Of a DNA stretch of 64,000 nt, positions 40,539-52,199 are shown in pieces (within the stretch, counting starts at the first letter, position 1; every line of letters begins with the position of its first letter). The stretch comes from a virus. Lineage: Duplodnaviria; Caudoviricetes. A program made the position numbers and the translations under genes. The stretch is taken from IMG/VR virus record IMGVR_UViG_3300028833_000053; one strand, 5' to 3'. The notes beneath the pieces were generated by a model, which did not search any database, was not told the DNA's origin, and saw only the letters and a list, made by a program, of their open reading frames with translations.

Positions 40539-42374
40539 ATGAGCGTAGAAAACCACAGACATTGCCAAGCCACAGTATTGTCGGCAAGCGGAACGTCAAA
40601 AGGGGGAGGAGCCACTTGGAACACCATAAGCGGCTTGAACACCCTTACCAATTTGATGCCAACAAACTGGAAAAACAAATTCCTCAACAACACGTCCAAC
40701 ATAACACAGGACTTCAAGTCAACGTTGGAGATAATAAATGACACCGCGGCTTCCTTGAAAAGTTCCATCACCAACCTCACGAACACGGTCAATGGATATG
40801 GTGGAAGAATCCAGAACATCGAGGGGTCTATGGGCAAGCTCTACAATCAGAACATCGCTTGCTACATTGCGCCAAACCAAGCATATTTTGATGTTTTGGT
40901 GGAAAAAGGAATCTTGGAAAAACACACTGACGATGGAACATACTATACCGTGAAAAGCGGACACAACCCCATTGACTACATGTCATATTGTTATCTGGTT
41001 TCGGGTCAGCAAAGGATATATCCAGGAAGCGACTCCAATTCAAACCTTGAAAACCAATACAAAAACAATGGCAAGGAAGATTAGAAAAAATATCCGTTGT
41101 TCACGTTTAACAAGGCAATGGTGTACTTGGCTAGATACAGGTCTTCCGGTTCCATAACATACCATGTGAAAACCCAATTTGGGGACTACGACTATGGAGA
41201 GACTTTTCAATCCGTAAGGCTGGTTGACGCTCAAGCGGGTTCCACCTTGTTGATTTCGCCAGAAATGACAATTGAACAACAAGAAAGACTTGCTGGCTAT
41301 ATAGGCGGGGAGTCCTATTTCACTGGAAGCACATATCAAGACAGCGGACTTGTCCGAACGCGCTTTGTATGGAATGACAGGGAAAAACTCAACCCCAGTG
41401 ACACAAACTATAAAACCGCTAATCAATATTGGTCAGCATGGTAGTCCCACATAGCATTTTATGACTCTGTAACCATATGTAGAGAGGTTGGGTTTGCCCT
41501 GCAACGCAAACGTCCAATTGAAGCATACAACAAACATGGCATGACATATGATGTCATATAGGTGAAAAGTGGGACGGTGTATTTCTATCAATGTGTTTTC
41601 AGGAACAGTTATTTCCACTCAAACACCGCCCAAGAACCTCCAACCATCAGTTTCCATTGGAATACGGTAAATCCAGACTATTTGAGAACATCCACTTACA
41701 GACTTCCATATCTCAAGAGCGATTGGGAAGGAAAACCCGATGCAGAGAAAACGTTCAATCAAAACAATGTAGCAAAATGGCAATTGCCAAGTGTGTTTGT
41801 TGATGATAGCCCTCCGGATGGCGTAACTAGTACAGACGGCAAAAACAAGATAGCTACACCATATATAAGATTGGGGGCAGGTGAAAACGCAACTATGTTG
41901 ATGCAACTTTCCTATATTATATTCCGTAACAAACGCGACGCAGATTATCTTATTAGCATTGGCTCGGGTGATACATTAAAAATTTAGATGGCATATAATC
42001 TTCCAAGCAGGTTGGTGTTCGTCAATGATGGATGTGGGTTCACAAGAGCACCAATATAGTTCACGGCAATGACACAGGGAGTTATGAACCAATCTGGATT
42101 TGATCCCAACACCCATATATTAGAAACCACAAGCGATCAATTGCAAATACATTTCGTTGACTCTACAACTTCAACTGTGCCATCGTGGTTGAAATGCCAA
42201 ATGGACGTAGTTAGTACATCAAATTCGCATAAAATAATCAACGCCACCAATAAAATAACTAACCACAAGGACTATGACCCGGAACATGGAAACTACAATT
42301 TGATAACCCGGTATCTATGGACGAATAACAATATGGTATTTTTCAATGGCGCATCCATTCCAACAGGTAAATAA
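40539..42374 (+). CDS. Probable tail or fibre protein, 611 aa with 5 in-frame TAG
   Basis: Four ORF-track fragments in one frame; N-terminal coiled coil; ends TAA. Confidence 0.65.
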
Positions 42375-42381
42375 AAATGTC

Positions 42382-42606
42382 ATGACAACTTTTCAAGAAG
42401 ACATACAAAACGCAAGAAAGTGGGTGGATAAAAACAAAATAGACTTAATCTATCCAACTGAATCAAGGGAAGAACTTGACTAGATTTGGAGACGCTGGCA
42501 GAAACTCCCAGATAGGGACAAGATGAAGTCCGACGAAAAGTCCATTGAGATTTTCGGAATGGACAACGCCAGCCACTACGACATACTTGGACTGCTCTAT
42601 GTATAA
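42382..42606 (+). CDS. Small hypothetical protein with 1 in-frame TAG
   Basis: Fills the gap between genes; missing from the ORF track because of the TAG. Confidence 0.55.
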
Positions 42607-42615
42607 TTCCAATGT

Positions 42616-43239
42616 ATGACATTTCCATTCATAAAGCACTTTGGCAAGAATTATCAATAGATAAAAGAATGTGGCATTGAGAACAAGTTCCGCATTGTCG
42701 GAGACCTTGCCGTTGTAAAACCATTGAACAATGACAACGTTTTCCTGGTAGACGTTGAAACTTGGGACAAATTGCCCTGGTCAGGTTGGAAAATCAACAA
42801 GTCGGGCTATGTTTCATGTTGCAACGTGCCACTTCACCAGATAGTGGCGTACTTGAATGGAATCGAGTTCAACCGTGACACGGTGATAGACCACAAGAAC
42901 CGTAACCGCCTTGACAACAGGTTTGAGAACCTACGCCCATGCACCGCCATAGAAAACGGATGGAACAACGAAAGGAAACACGGGCACCAGTTGAAGAACG
43001 GCAAGTGGAAGTTCACCTTCAGCAAATCCTATCCAACTATGGCTGAAGCAGAGCAAGGTCTAATCAACGAGGGTTTCCAGTACATGAGCAAAAACAGAAC
43101 GTGCTTCATCACGGAAACATTTGATTCATACGAAGATGGATATTGGTGGTGGAGGTATCAAGCAGGAATCCACTATGGGGAATTCTCGCCATTTGCGAAT
43201 CCATACAAAAGCTGTGAGGAAATAATCAAAGGAAACTAA
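42616..43239 (+). CDS. HNH endonuclease with 1 in-frame TAG
   Basis: LHQIVA..IDHKNRNRLDNRFENLR..N. Confidence 0.8.
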
Positions 43240-43253
43240 ATAAGAGCCACCAG

Positions 43254-43964
43254 TTAAGCTTCTTTTTCCACCCAACCTTTTTCGATCAAGAAGTCCCGAA
43301 CATATTGTTTCTTGAATACATAATTTGAAAATGCACATTTAATCATTGCGTTTGTGGCATTTCTATTTCGTGGATGTATATGTATTCCAGAATACACATA
43401 ACAGCACCTATCAAATTTCTTGATTTTGCAATCCTCTATTGAATCATATTGCGCAAAGTGCCAATAAATATCCTCACCCAAATGGATGTTTTCATGGGAA
43501 AATGGCTGGAACTTGTCCGATCTAAATATCATACTGAAGGGCGCATTTGGAGATGTCCAATTTGCTTGTCTCCATCTGTTTCTCCAATGCCATTTGATAA
43601 ACATAAGTTCCATATCTTTATTCACTGAATAGAACTCATATATACGTTGAAGTACATCATTTGACTCCAATTTATCATCTCCATCAACAAACCAAATGAA
43701 ATCTGAGGGTTGGGAATTCAAAGATTGGTAGTACCCTTGATTCCTAGTTTCCCCCGGACCGAGATTTTTAGAATTCCTGACAATGGTGAATTTTCCAGGA
43801 TGTTCACTAGAATAATTCATCAACACGTTATAAGTATTGTCACTAGAATAGTCGTCCACACATACAACATGGTAATTTGCAAACGTTTGATTCATGATTG
43901 AATCAAGTGTTACACCTATTGTATGTTCCACATTGAAACATGGTATTATAAACTTGATAAACAT
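43254..43964 (-). CDS. Family 2 glycosyltransferase
   Basis: IIPCFN, VDDYSSD, NLGPGETRN.G, FVDGDD, GED. Confidence 0.9.
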   Translation of the reverse strand: MFIKFIIPCFNVEHTIGVTLDSIMNQTFANYHVVCVDDYSSDNTYNVLMNYSSEHPGKFTIVRNSKNLGPGETRNQGYYQSLNSQPSDFIWFVDGDDKLESNDVLQRIYEFYSVNKDMELMFIKWHWRNRWRQANWTSPNAPFSMIFRSDKFQPFSHENIHLGEDIYWHFAQYDSIEDCKIKKFDRCCYVYSGIHIHPRNRNATNAMIKCAFSNYVFKKQYVRDFLIEKGWVEKEA

Positions 43965-43973
43965 AGTTTTATA

Positions 43974-44639
43974 TCAGTCTGAAAGACTTGCAAACACCCA
44001 ATTGGGGTTGTATTCCTTATATACAGATTGGTTGAACATATCATTGTGTCTATTAACATAATATGTTGGCTGAATAAAATCCTATTTTCGTGGAACAATA
44101 TACATTGGAATTTTATTGTTATGACAATGTAACGCCAGCATTCCATCTGCACCAACATCGGGATTCTTCAATTGCCCCAACGTGGGGGAAAAACCTATAT
44201 TACCTGGAATAAATATAGAGCAGCCTGTTCCAGCAATTATAGTCTAATGTCCTTCATCTAATGAGTTTCTAGGAAACACATATTTTTTGCTTTCCTTTAT
44301 TATGCCCAATAACGTCATCACCCAATTTGGATGACCGTCCAGCATATTGCACATATAATCAACATAGTTATCCGGATAGCTGAAATCATCATCGACGGTT
44401 AAAACATAGTCATCTTTGAACTTGTCAATTCCATAAAACTTTCCCTTATCATGCAAATTAGTTCCATCACATATGGGAATACAATTTTGAAATTTGCCAA
44501 TTTCTTCGGGAATATCTTCGTATCCATCCAGATACAACTAAAACTAATCGCATTGCTTACATAATTCACCCAAACGGTCAATCATTCCATTGTACCTTTT
44601 GGGAAAACTTGCCATGCAAACTATTTTTTCTTTGCTCAT
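43974..44639 (-). CDS. GT-A glycosyltransferase, paralog of 34036-34896, with 4 in-frame TAG
   Basis: VCMASFPKR, KGKF, TVDDDF.YP, IAGTGC, GAD. Confidence 0.75.
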
Positions 44640-45449
44640 TTATACAGCTCCATTTATTTCCTGTGATATCACCTACTTATAATTATCCAGTCCTGATAAA
44701 AATATGTCAGATATTTTACTACATTCGCCAAATCTTATTTGATGCTTTCTACCCATCATGCAGTATGGGCAAATTTCATCATTCAATTTTATGAAACTAT
44801 CCTAATCATTGAACAAATCCCTAAAATGCTCTTTGAAATAATGTTCTTTCCCCAATAAAATACATATTGATTTACATGCCGTATTGTGATAATAATAGAT
44901 TTTTCCATGCAGCTTGAAAATTCCCTTTCCACAAACCTTGAAACAACCGCATTTATTATATGGAACTCTATCATTTGTTGGTTCACCATACAAAAAATTA
45001 TAATGAACATTTTTTCTATCAGAAATTGAAAAGCTTCCCCTTCTACCACTTACAATTTTATCATAGTTTCCATAGATTCCACGCCAATAATTTGCCTATT
45101 CCTCTGACATAAAATCTACATATATCTATTTGTACTTACGATCTAAAATGGTTTTAATTACATCTTTGTTAATACCATTAGTCACAACTAGAATTCTTCC
45201 AGTATCTATATTGAATTTCTATTGGTCAAGCCAGTCTAAAATATCCATAAGATATGGATTTGTAGTCGGTTCACCCCCAATTATGGCAATATATTTGGAA
45301 AAACGATAATCCTTTATTTCATCGTATATCATTTTTATATCATCCAATGTCATTATAGACAACGGATTTTTGGGAACTTGATCGCAAAGGCGGTTACATG
45401 CCGCGCATTTCAAATTGCATTCTAATGTTATGTCTATTTCTAGGTTCAT
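44640..45449 (-). CDS. Radical SAM protein with 5 in-frame TAG
   Basis: CNLKCAAC, GGEP, VTNG, C-terminal Cys cluster CPYC. Confidence 0.85.
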
Positions 45450-45450
45450 C

Positions 45451-46902
45451 TTATCTATACCTCATTGTGTTATTCCATCCAGTAATTAGCATGTTGGATA
45501 TTCTTTTTGTTCCCTTGTATTCCAATTCAAGTGGATGTAAAATCCCTCCTAATATCTCCGCCCAACGCAGTGGATATTTAGGATGTCGATGCTGGTAAAT
45601 GCGTGTGTCTTTCCAACACGATTTTAATTGATCAAACCGCTAATCCAATATTCCATTCAGTCTGTCAAACCATTTCTATGTAAATTCCGTTTTGGGTTTG
45701 CAAATGAACCATCCATTACATATTAAATGTTCCACAGTTTCGGGATTGTTATATTTCTTTATTGGAGAACCACCAACAATTTCTTTTGCACCGACAACCC
45801 ACACTTCTGGATTGTTGTTCAAGAATTCAAAACATTCCTTCCAATTGTTTTCCCTTGTGTAGTGTTTTATGTCGGCATATCCACCGCCATAAAAGTGCAT
45901 TAAATAACAGCGTAAATAATCCGCTTTATGTGTTGCTGACAAAAACCAATATGCGGGATGAAATGGATGTTCTTCAATCTGCATTTGAATAATTGAGTCT
46001 GGATTAAGGAATTTAGTTTCAACACCAAGATTCTATCTAGTATTCCATGCGGAGTTTCTGTCTTTGGACATGGAATTTACGTCTGTCCATAACTGCCATA
46101 TGTACTAATCCCATGTCTCGTATGGTTCATCTTGAATTGAATTATTGTCCATTAAATATTTATAGTTAGATAAATAATCAAGCCAAGGATTTGGTTTATA
46201 TCCAATATGTTCAAATATGGATTTGAATGTTCTTGGTAAAAGTGCCTGCTTTATTACATGGTTATTTCTTTTTTTATTAAATGCCTTGCAAATTCCCATC
46301 TCACATTGTGGCACGCCGCAGTTTTCGGGAAAACGAATCTCTTTGAATATGTTTTTATGCCGCAGCATACATTGTTGATTATATGTATAGAAATAATTGT
46401 CCTGTATATAGGTCAAAAAATTTGGCGTTTCAACATAATTCAATAAATCAACATGTCCATCACAATTGGCAACACGTATTCCCCCATTTCCCTGTTCCTT
46501 TAGCATTTCAACTAGTTCAGTGAAATCAAATTCATGTTTTAGCAGCCAATCATCTTCAACAGTCAATGCCACGTCACTATGCTCATATGCCTTGTCCAAA
46601 GCCTTGTTCAATACATGACCATATCCCCAACTATTATCGTCACACTATACAATTTCATAATCATTGAAATTCAACTTCTTGCAAATGTTCTCAAGTGCTT
46701 CTATATGCTCCTATGTGCTTCTATCGCAACAAAGATACAAGTAAATGCCATCTTTGTATTTGCAATTGTTTAGAAGATGTTCAAGACAATAACAGGCACA
46801 CTTGGTTTTATTATGTGTTGAAACCGTAACAGGAAGACGTTGTTTTAGTTCCGCGTACTATTTTAGATTGAGCATTTGTTCTGCTTTAGTTACAATATCC
46901 AT
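45451..46902 (-). CDS. Two-domain glycosyltransferase (GT2-like plus GT32-like) with 7 in-frame TAG
   Basis: TVEDDW in the first domain; HKADYLR...YGGGYADIK and YPLRWAEILG in the second. Confidence 0.75.
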
Positions 46903-46937
46903 ACATATCCTTTACCCTACATCAAAACTATTTACCA

Positions 46938-47246
46938 TTACTTCCTTGAATTCCATTTCTTGACAACGTTATTGACACCCTTTGCTTTCATGCTCACCCT
47001 GCACTTCTGGCATATTATCTCCCACTCGTTCTTGTACTCGTATGCCAATCCAAGATAGGGCTTTCCACCGCAAAACGGACATTTTTCAAGTCCAGACGTA
47101 TGCGTTCTGAAATCTGGACAGTCCTTGCACTCAAACTTCGTGTCATTGAACTTGCATTTTTCAGGATCGGCGTTCCTTGAACATGTGTCAAGGCTGTAAG
47201 CACCCACATAATGATAGTGTACGCATTTTCTCTTTTTCATTGACAC
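46938..47246 (-). CDS. Lar-like Zn-ribbon protein
   Basis: LEKCPFCGG...CQKC...KWNSR. Confidence 0.7.
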   Translation of the reverse strand: MSMKKRKCVHYHYVGAYSLDTCSRNADPEKCKFNDTKFECKDCPDFRTHTSGLEKCPFCGGKPYLGLAYEYKNEWEIICQKCRVSMKAKGVNNVVKKWNSRK

Positions 47247-47596
47247 TCCTTTATCGTGATAAGCTTAATTCCCAATTTGTCTGCAAGGGCTTGGCAATTC
47301 GCGCAAGGCTTTATCGGACGCCATTCCCCGCTATGCCCAATCCTTGAAATGAATATGGTCTTGATGAGATCACCATACTTCATCATCAACTTGTATTCTG
47401 CGTGAACGCCAATCCCAGGCTTTCCCTCTACCCCATCCGGGGGAAGTCCATTGAACGCACGTCCAATGAACTCTCCGCGCTTGTCAAATGCCATTGCCGA
47501 AATCCTGTACTTTGACCTTGACTGCGAGGCTTTCTTCCCCAGCATTTCAAGGAGAAATGGGAGCGCGTTGCTTGAAAGTCTGGGCATCTTTCTCAT
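47237..47596 (-). CDS. Cytidine/deoxycytidylate deaminase-fold protein
   Basis: HAE and PCANC Zn-binding motifs. Confidence 0.8.
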   Translation of the reverse strand: MRKMPRLSSNALPFLLEMLGKKASQSRSKYRISAMAFDKRGEFIGRAFNGLPPDGVEGKPGIGVHAEYKLMMKYGDLIKTIFISRIGHSGEWRPIKPCANCQALADKLGIKLITIKECQ

Positions 47597-48582
47597 TAGA
47601 AGAACAATGGCGCGTATTTCATGAAATCTGCACTGAACTTTTTCCTTGCATCATCCAGCTTCTTGCTCTTGAAAGGCTCGACCTTGACTTCCCATGTGTC
47701 GGTGTCAATGAAGGTGTTTGGACTCCATTGGTCTGACTCCATGTCGCGCTCATATCCACGGGGATTGCAGAGAATTGTCTGGTTGTTGTCCCCAATCTTC
47801 GCAATGGTGACGCTGTGGACGTGACCACAGCACCAAACGCGGATATTCGGATTCTTGATGATGAAGTCCTCAAGGTCCGAAACGTAGGAAGCGTTCATGT
47901 TGTTGTTGACGTATTGTTCGGAGATGCACTTTGGCGAAGGGCAGTGATGAGACATAATTATTATGTCTCTATCCTTGTTTTCCTGCACCAACTGCTCAAT
48001 TTTTTTGAAGGTGATTTCAAACCACTTCTTGTAATCGTCTGGACGCAGATACCTCTGCTTCAATCCACGGTCGTCGAACTCGTCCTCAACGTGACCCCAG
48101 CGGAAATCGTTGAGACCTCGGGAGGCCGCTGCCATGTTCACAACTTCGGGAGTCAATGGCTCTTCGCCATGCTCGGCGCGTATCTTATTGCCGCTTTCTA
48201 TGCAGCGTTTTGTGAATTCCCCCTGATATTGATAGTCCGTGTAGAGGGTTGAACCAATGACAAGAATGTTTGTGCCCGGAACCATCTTTGACATAACGCC
48301 AACCTGTTCGTCCATGAAGGTGACGTTGCCATCTTCCGGAAACTTCTCATGCAGAAATTCCTTCTGCTTCTTGATAGTCCACCCAAGATCGTTGTAGGCT
48401 GGATCATGGTTGCCAACAATGAACATGCCATTGTGGACGTTTTGCTGAATCCATTTTGCGGTACCCTTCACGTTGCCAGACACGTCACCGGGTATGAGAG
48501 TGAAAGTCTCCTTGTCCCGCAAGGACAATGGAAATCTTTGGTTGATGTCAATGTGAATGTCGGAGAATACTCTAATCTTCAT
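47596..48582 (-). CDS. Calcineurin-like metallophosphoesterase
   Basis: SDIH, GD, GNHD, HH.P, GHVH motifs. Confidence 0.9.
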   Translation of the reverse strand: MKIRVFSDIHIDINQRFPLSLRDKETFTLIPGDVSGNVKGTAKWIQQNVHNGMFIVGNHDPAYNDLGWTIKKQKEFLHEKFPEDGNVTFMDEQVGVMSKMVPGTNILVIGSTLYTDYQYQGEFTKRCIESGNKIRAEHGEEPLTPEVVNMAAASRGLNDFRWGHVEDEFDDRGLKQRYLRPDDYKKWFEITFKKIEQLVQENKDRDIIIMSHHCPSPKCISEQYVNNNMNASYVSDLEDFIIKNPNIRVWCCGHVHSVTIAKIGDNNQTILCNPRGYERDMESDQWSPNTFIDTDTWEVKVEPFKSKKLDDARKKFSADFMKYAPLFF

Positions 48583-48701
48583 CGTCTGAATCCTTTATTA
48601 TCCATTGAATTATACCCCAAATGGCTATGATTGTAAAGTTGCCTTTCCATATCTTCCAAAATATGCCCAAAATTGAACATTATTTTTCACAAAATATTTT
48701 C

Positions 48702-48750
48702 AAAACCCTATTGCGTTTTCGCGCCATTTGTGGTATACTGTAAGTGTTCT
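48702..48750 (+). promoter_or_regulatory. Early sigma70-type promoter
   Basis: AAAACCC-TA-TTGCGT-17 nt-TATACT-GTAAGTGTTC. Confidence 0.7.
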
Positions 48751-48789
48751 TTGGGAGAGGAAGGATGCCCGCGAGTTCCTTCAAGGAGA

Positions 48790-50202
48790 ATGGCCATGGC
48801 TGACAAAAAGATTGTTGAAGTGAAAGAGACCGTGATGAAGGGTCTGGAGTATGCGCGTTGGAAGTTGCTTGAGAAGTCCCCCTTCATTGGGGAGATGCTT
48901 CTCCGTTTTTCCATTGTCCCCACCTACGATTGCCGTTGCAACACCGCGGCGACCGATGGCTCAAAGATTTTCTTTGACTGCGAGTTCTATTCCAAGTTGA
49001 ACGAGAAGCAGCGCGAGTTCGTTCTTGCGCACGAAGTTTGGCACAATATCTTCCTTCACTTCCGCCGCCGTCAGACCCGCGAGCCAATGATGTGGAACAT
49101 TGCAACGGACATGGAAATCAACCACATGCTCCAGAACGAGGGCATGGAAGTTCTGGCCGATGCTTGCCTTCCCGATCCCATTGTGGCGGGCAAGAACGCG
49201 GAGGACATCTACGCGCATCTGATGAAGCAGCAGCAAAAGCAGCAGAAGCAGAACGGCAAGGGGAAGGGTCAGGGCAATGGTTCCGACAATTCCAATGAGG
49301 ATGGCGAGGGTGACGGTGACAGCGATGGTGATTCGCAGTCATCCTCTTCTGGTGGTTCTTCTGGCAATGGCAAGAAGTCATCCTCTTCTTCATCCAACAA
49401 CGGCAACAACAAGGGCAAGCATGGCAACCAGTTTGACCGCCACATCTACGAGGGCGAGACCGCCGGTGATGGCGAAAAGCAGGAGGGCAAATGGGGTGAG
49501 AAGGGCTTTGACGAGGACTTCAACCCGTCCATGAAGGACGCGAAGGAGACCGAGGACAAGATCAAGGAAATGGTGACGTCCGTTGCGCAGAGCATTGAGC
49601 GCAAGCAGGGACACCTTCCCGCAGGGGTTGCTTCCCTTGTGGAGAAGATGCTCAAGCCAGAAATCAACTGGAAGGAGGCGTTGTCCCAGTTCGTGACGAA
49701 GACGCTTGGTGGCGAACACTCTTGGTCCCGTTGCTCCCGTCACGCGCTTGCCCGTGGTCACTACCTTCCTGGCAAGACGGACATGAAGATCAAGGCCGCG
49801 CTTGTGCTTGACACCTCTGGCTCCTACCTTCAGGACTTGCCGAAGTTCCTGGCAGAGTTCAAGGCTCTGGTTGAGTCCTTTGGCAAGTACGAAATCACGA
49901 TGGTGCAGTGCGATGCCGAGGTGCAGGATGTCAAGACCTATGACGCGGAGACGCCGATGGAGTTCGACAAGTTCGAGGCAAAGGGTGGTGGTGGTTCCGA
50001 CTTCCGCCCCGCGTTCAAGAAGCTGCGCGAACTGGGCGACGACTTCAATTGCTGCATCACCTTCACGGACGGCTACATCACGATGCCCACCTATCCGCCG
50101 CCCTACCCCACGCTGTTTGTCCTCACGCCTGACGCCGACAAGGACTTCGTGGAATGGGGCGAGAAGATGGTGTACAAGCCCGACTACCGCGAAGAGTTCT
50201 AA
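48790..50202 (+). CDS. DUF2201-type HEXXH metallopeptidase-like plus vWA protein
   Basis: TAATDG, LAHEVWH, WNIATD.EIN, low-complexity linker, LDTSGS, GGGSDF.P, FTDG. Confidence 0.85.
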   Translation: MAMADKKIVEVKETVMKGLEYARWKLLEKSPFIGEMLLRFSIVPTYDCRCNTAATDGSKIFFDCEFYSKLNEKQREFVLAHEVWHNIFLHFRRRQTREPMMWNIATDMEINHMLQNEGMEVLADACLPDPIVAGKNAEDIYAHLMKQQQKQQKQNGKGKGQGNGSDNSNEDGEGDGDSDGDSQSSSSGGSSGNGKKSSSSSSNNGNNKGKHGNQFDRHIYEGETAGDGEKQEGKWGEKGFDEDFNPSMKDAKETEDKIKEMVTSVAQSIERKQGHLPAGVASLVEKMLKPEINWKEALSQFVTKTLGGEHSWSRCSRHALARGHYLPGKTDMKIKAALVLDTSGSYLQDLPKFLAEFKALVESFGKYEITMVQCDAEVQDVKTYDAETPMEFDKFEAKGGGGSDFRPAFKKLRELGDDFNCCITFTDGYITMPTYPPPYPTLFVLTPDADKDFVEWGEKMVYKPDYREEF

Positions 50203-51090
50203 TGGAAACGGAGACGAAAATGGCTAATGAAAGCGGACGAAAACTCAGGGGCCGCAAACTCATCCTGAACTGGGGAAATTTGAAGCTGGAGATTTCCAAG
50301 CTGCCCCATCGCCACGCCGCGGACACTCTCATATTTGACTTGTTTGGGAGCGGTGTCCTTTTGGCAAACGTATATGAAACCCCAGATGGTCACTTGGAGG
50401 ACGAGATTCTTGGACAGCCAGCAGGATGGCGCGGCGACGGTACGATGCTTGAGGGGTATCGCATTGGGCAATACGTGACGGACAACGGATATTGGAAAAC
50501 CATCGGAGAGGCAAATTCAACGAAAGAAGGAAACGCACAATGAACCAACTTGAAACCAAATTCTATGAACACGTCCCATATCTTTTGGGTAAAATCGTAA
50601 AGCAGCTTAAGACCATGAACAAACTCAAGGCATTGGAACTGAAAGCCAAGCCATTTGAAAACAACATCACTCCAGAAATGGTGGATGACATTATGGAGGG
50701 TTGAAATGGAATCACATTGGCTCATACCAATTATGGCGTTCACCATTGTGCCAATCGTGGTTTTGCTTCTTGCAGTGGTGGCTCAAATCTTGGCCGACAT
50801 TTTTGGATAAGGAGAATGTAAGCATGGACGATGACATAAAGGTAAGCCGTTATTGGGACGGCACACGATTGCGAAACACCATCACTTTGATGGAGCAGTT
50901 CTACGTTCTCATGAACGATGAGCGACTGGACGAGAAGCACCGTATTTGCGCAAAGCGTTTGTTTGAGCATGAGCGCCGTCTTGCAATGAACCTCTTGATG
51001 AAGGAGTTTCCCAAGGACTTCAAGACCGACATGTTCATCAACAGCATGTACATTGACGATATGTTCAAGAAATATCCAGACAAGGATTGA
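50202..51090 (+). other. Three small hypothetical genes (50202-50543, 50540-50704, 50701-51090)
   Basis: Overlapping start and stop codons. Confidence 0.6.
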
Positions 51091-51092
51091 CT

Positions 51093-51473
51093 ATGGAAGC
51101 CTCCATCGAGGAGATAATCCGGAACCTCAACAACGTCTATGACTACTGCAAGCCATGGGGAAACCAACACGTCATATTTGAATTTGACTTCCACGAATTC
51201 GGTGAACCCCTGACATACTCCAACATGACCAGACGGGGATATAGGTTCAAGGTTGCGCATACGTCGGATGAACTGACGCAAATAATGTTTGACCTGTCAA
51301 TGAACTCATACATTGTGAACGTGAACATGGACATACGTGTGGGTTGGGTGAAGTTCAACGTGTCGTTGGTTGAAAGTCCCGATCACGGAACAAACATAAC
51401 GCCCGAACTCGTGGAGACATTCAACAGGATATTTGAACTTGACCACACCGATTAGGGCAAAGAGATTGTATGA
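51093..51473 (+). CDS. ES-x-x-x-x-TN family paralog 1, with 1 in-frame TAG
   Basis: Reading through TAG ends at a TGA overlapping the next ATG (ATGA). Confidence 0.65.
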
Positions 51474-51859
51474 AGATTCAGAAAACGGAAGACCTGATTG
51501 AATGGGTGGATGGCGTGTACAACCAATGCGGCAAGTGGAGCAACTGCGCCCCAAGTTTCGAGTTTGGTGTAATGGGTGTTGGCAACGGTATTTCCCAATA
51601 CAATGTCTATGACATCATATCACGCCCCAAGAGTTTCCTTGGGCGGGTCTCAACACGAGACGACCTGTGCAAGATGCTCTTTGAAGTGTCACTCAGATAC
51701 TCCATTGCGCACATTGATGTCAACTTCTACCAACTTGGGGAAAACGTCACCTTCATTCTGGTTCTTGTTGAAAGCCCCAACCACGGAACCAACATAGTGC
51801 CTGAAATGGTGGATGCGTTTCTGAGAATGTTTGAACTTGACAAGCGTGGAAGAGGATGA
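51470..51859 (+). CDS. ES-x-x-x-x-TN family paralog 2
   Basis: LVESPNHGTNIVPEMVDAFLRMFELD. Confidence 0.65.
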   Translation: MKIQKTEDLIEWVDGVYNQCGKWSNCAPSFEFGVMGVGNGISQYNVYDIISRPKSFLGRVSTRDDLCKMLFEVSLRYSIAHIDVNFYQLGENVTFILVLVESPNHGTNIVPEMVDAFLRMFELDKRGRG

Positions 51860-51866
51860 GGGACCG

Positions 51867-52199
51867 ATGAGCAGCGAGGAAGTGGAGTCTGGTTTCAACG
51901 ACTTTGTCCAGAAGGTGAAGACGGGAAAACTGTTCTGGGGAGTCTACGTCTGGTGGGAGCAAAAGCACCGCAAGTTCTTCCAGGGGATGAATGGGAAAAT
52001 CCTTGACGATGACGATTTGATTGGCGTTCTGTTTGAACTATCCATCTCAAGGAAAATCACGGAAATAAGCTCTAACAGGTATGGACAGGAAATAGGATTT
52101 CCAGCAATTGCTCTGCACATAACATTTGGTGAAAGTGGTTCAGTTGAAACCAACGTCAGCGAAAAGGCGTTGTCAACACTGTCGGAGCTGCCAAAATGA
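51867..52199 (+). CDS. ES-x-x-x-x-TN family paralog 3 (divergent)
   Basis: LFELSI..GESGSVETNV. Confidence 0.55.
   Translation: MSSEEVESGFNDFVQKVKTGKLFWGVYVWWEQKHRKFFQGMNGKILDDDDLIGVLFELSISRKITEISSNRYGQEIGFPAIALHITFGESGSVETNVSEKALSTLSELPK

Noticed and set aside
49222-49425. Gln/Gly/Ser/Asp low-complexity stretch; also the acidic Gly-rich portal tail at 58864-59000
   Set aside because: Ordinary disordered linkers for these protein families
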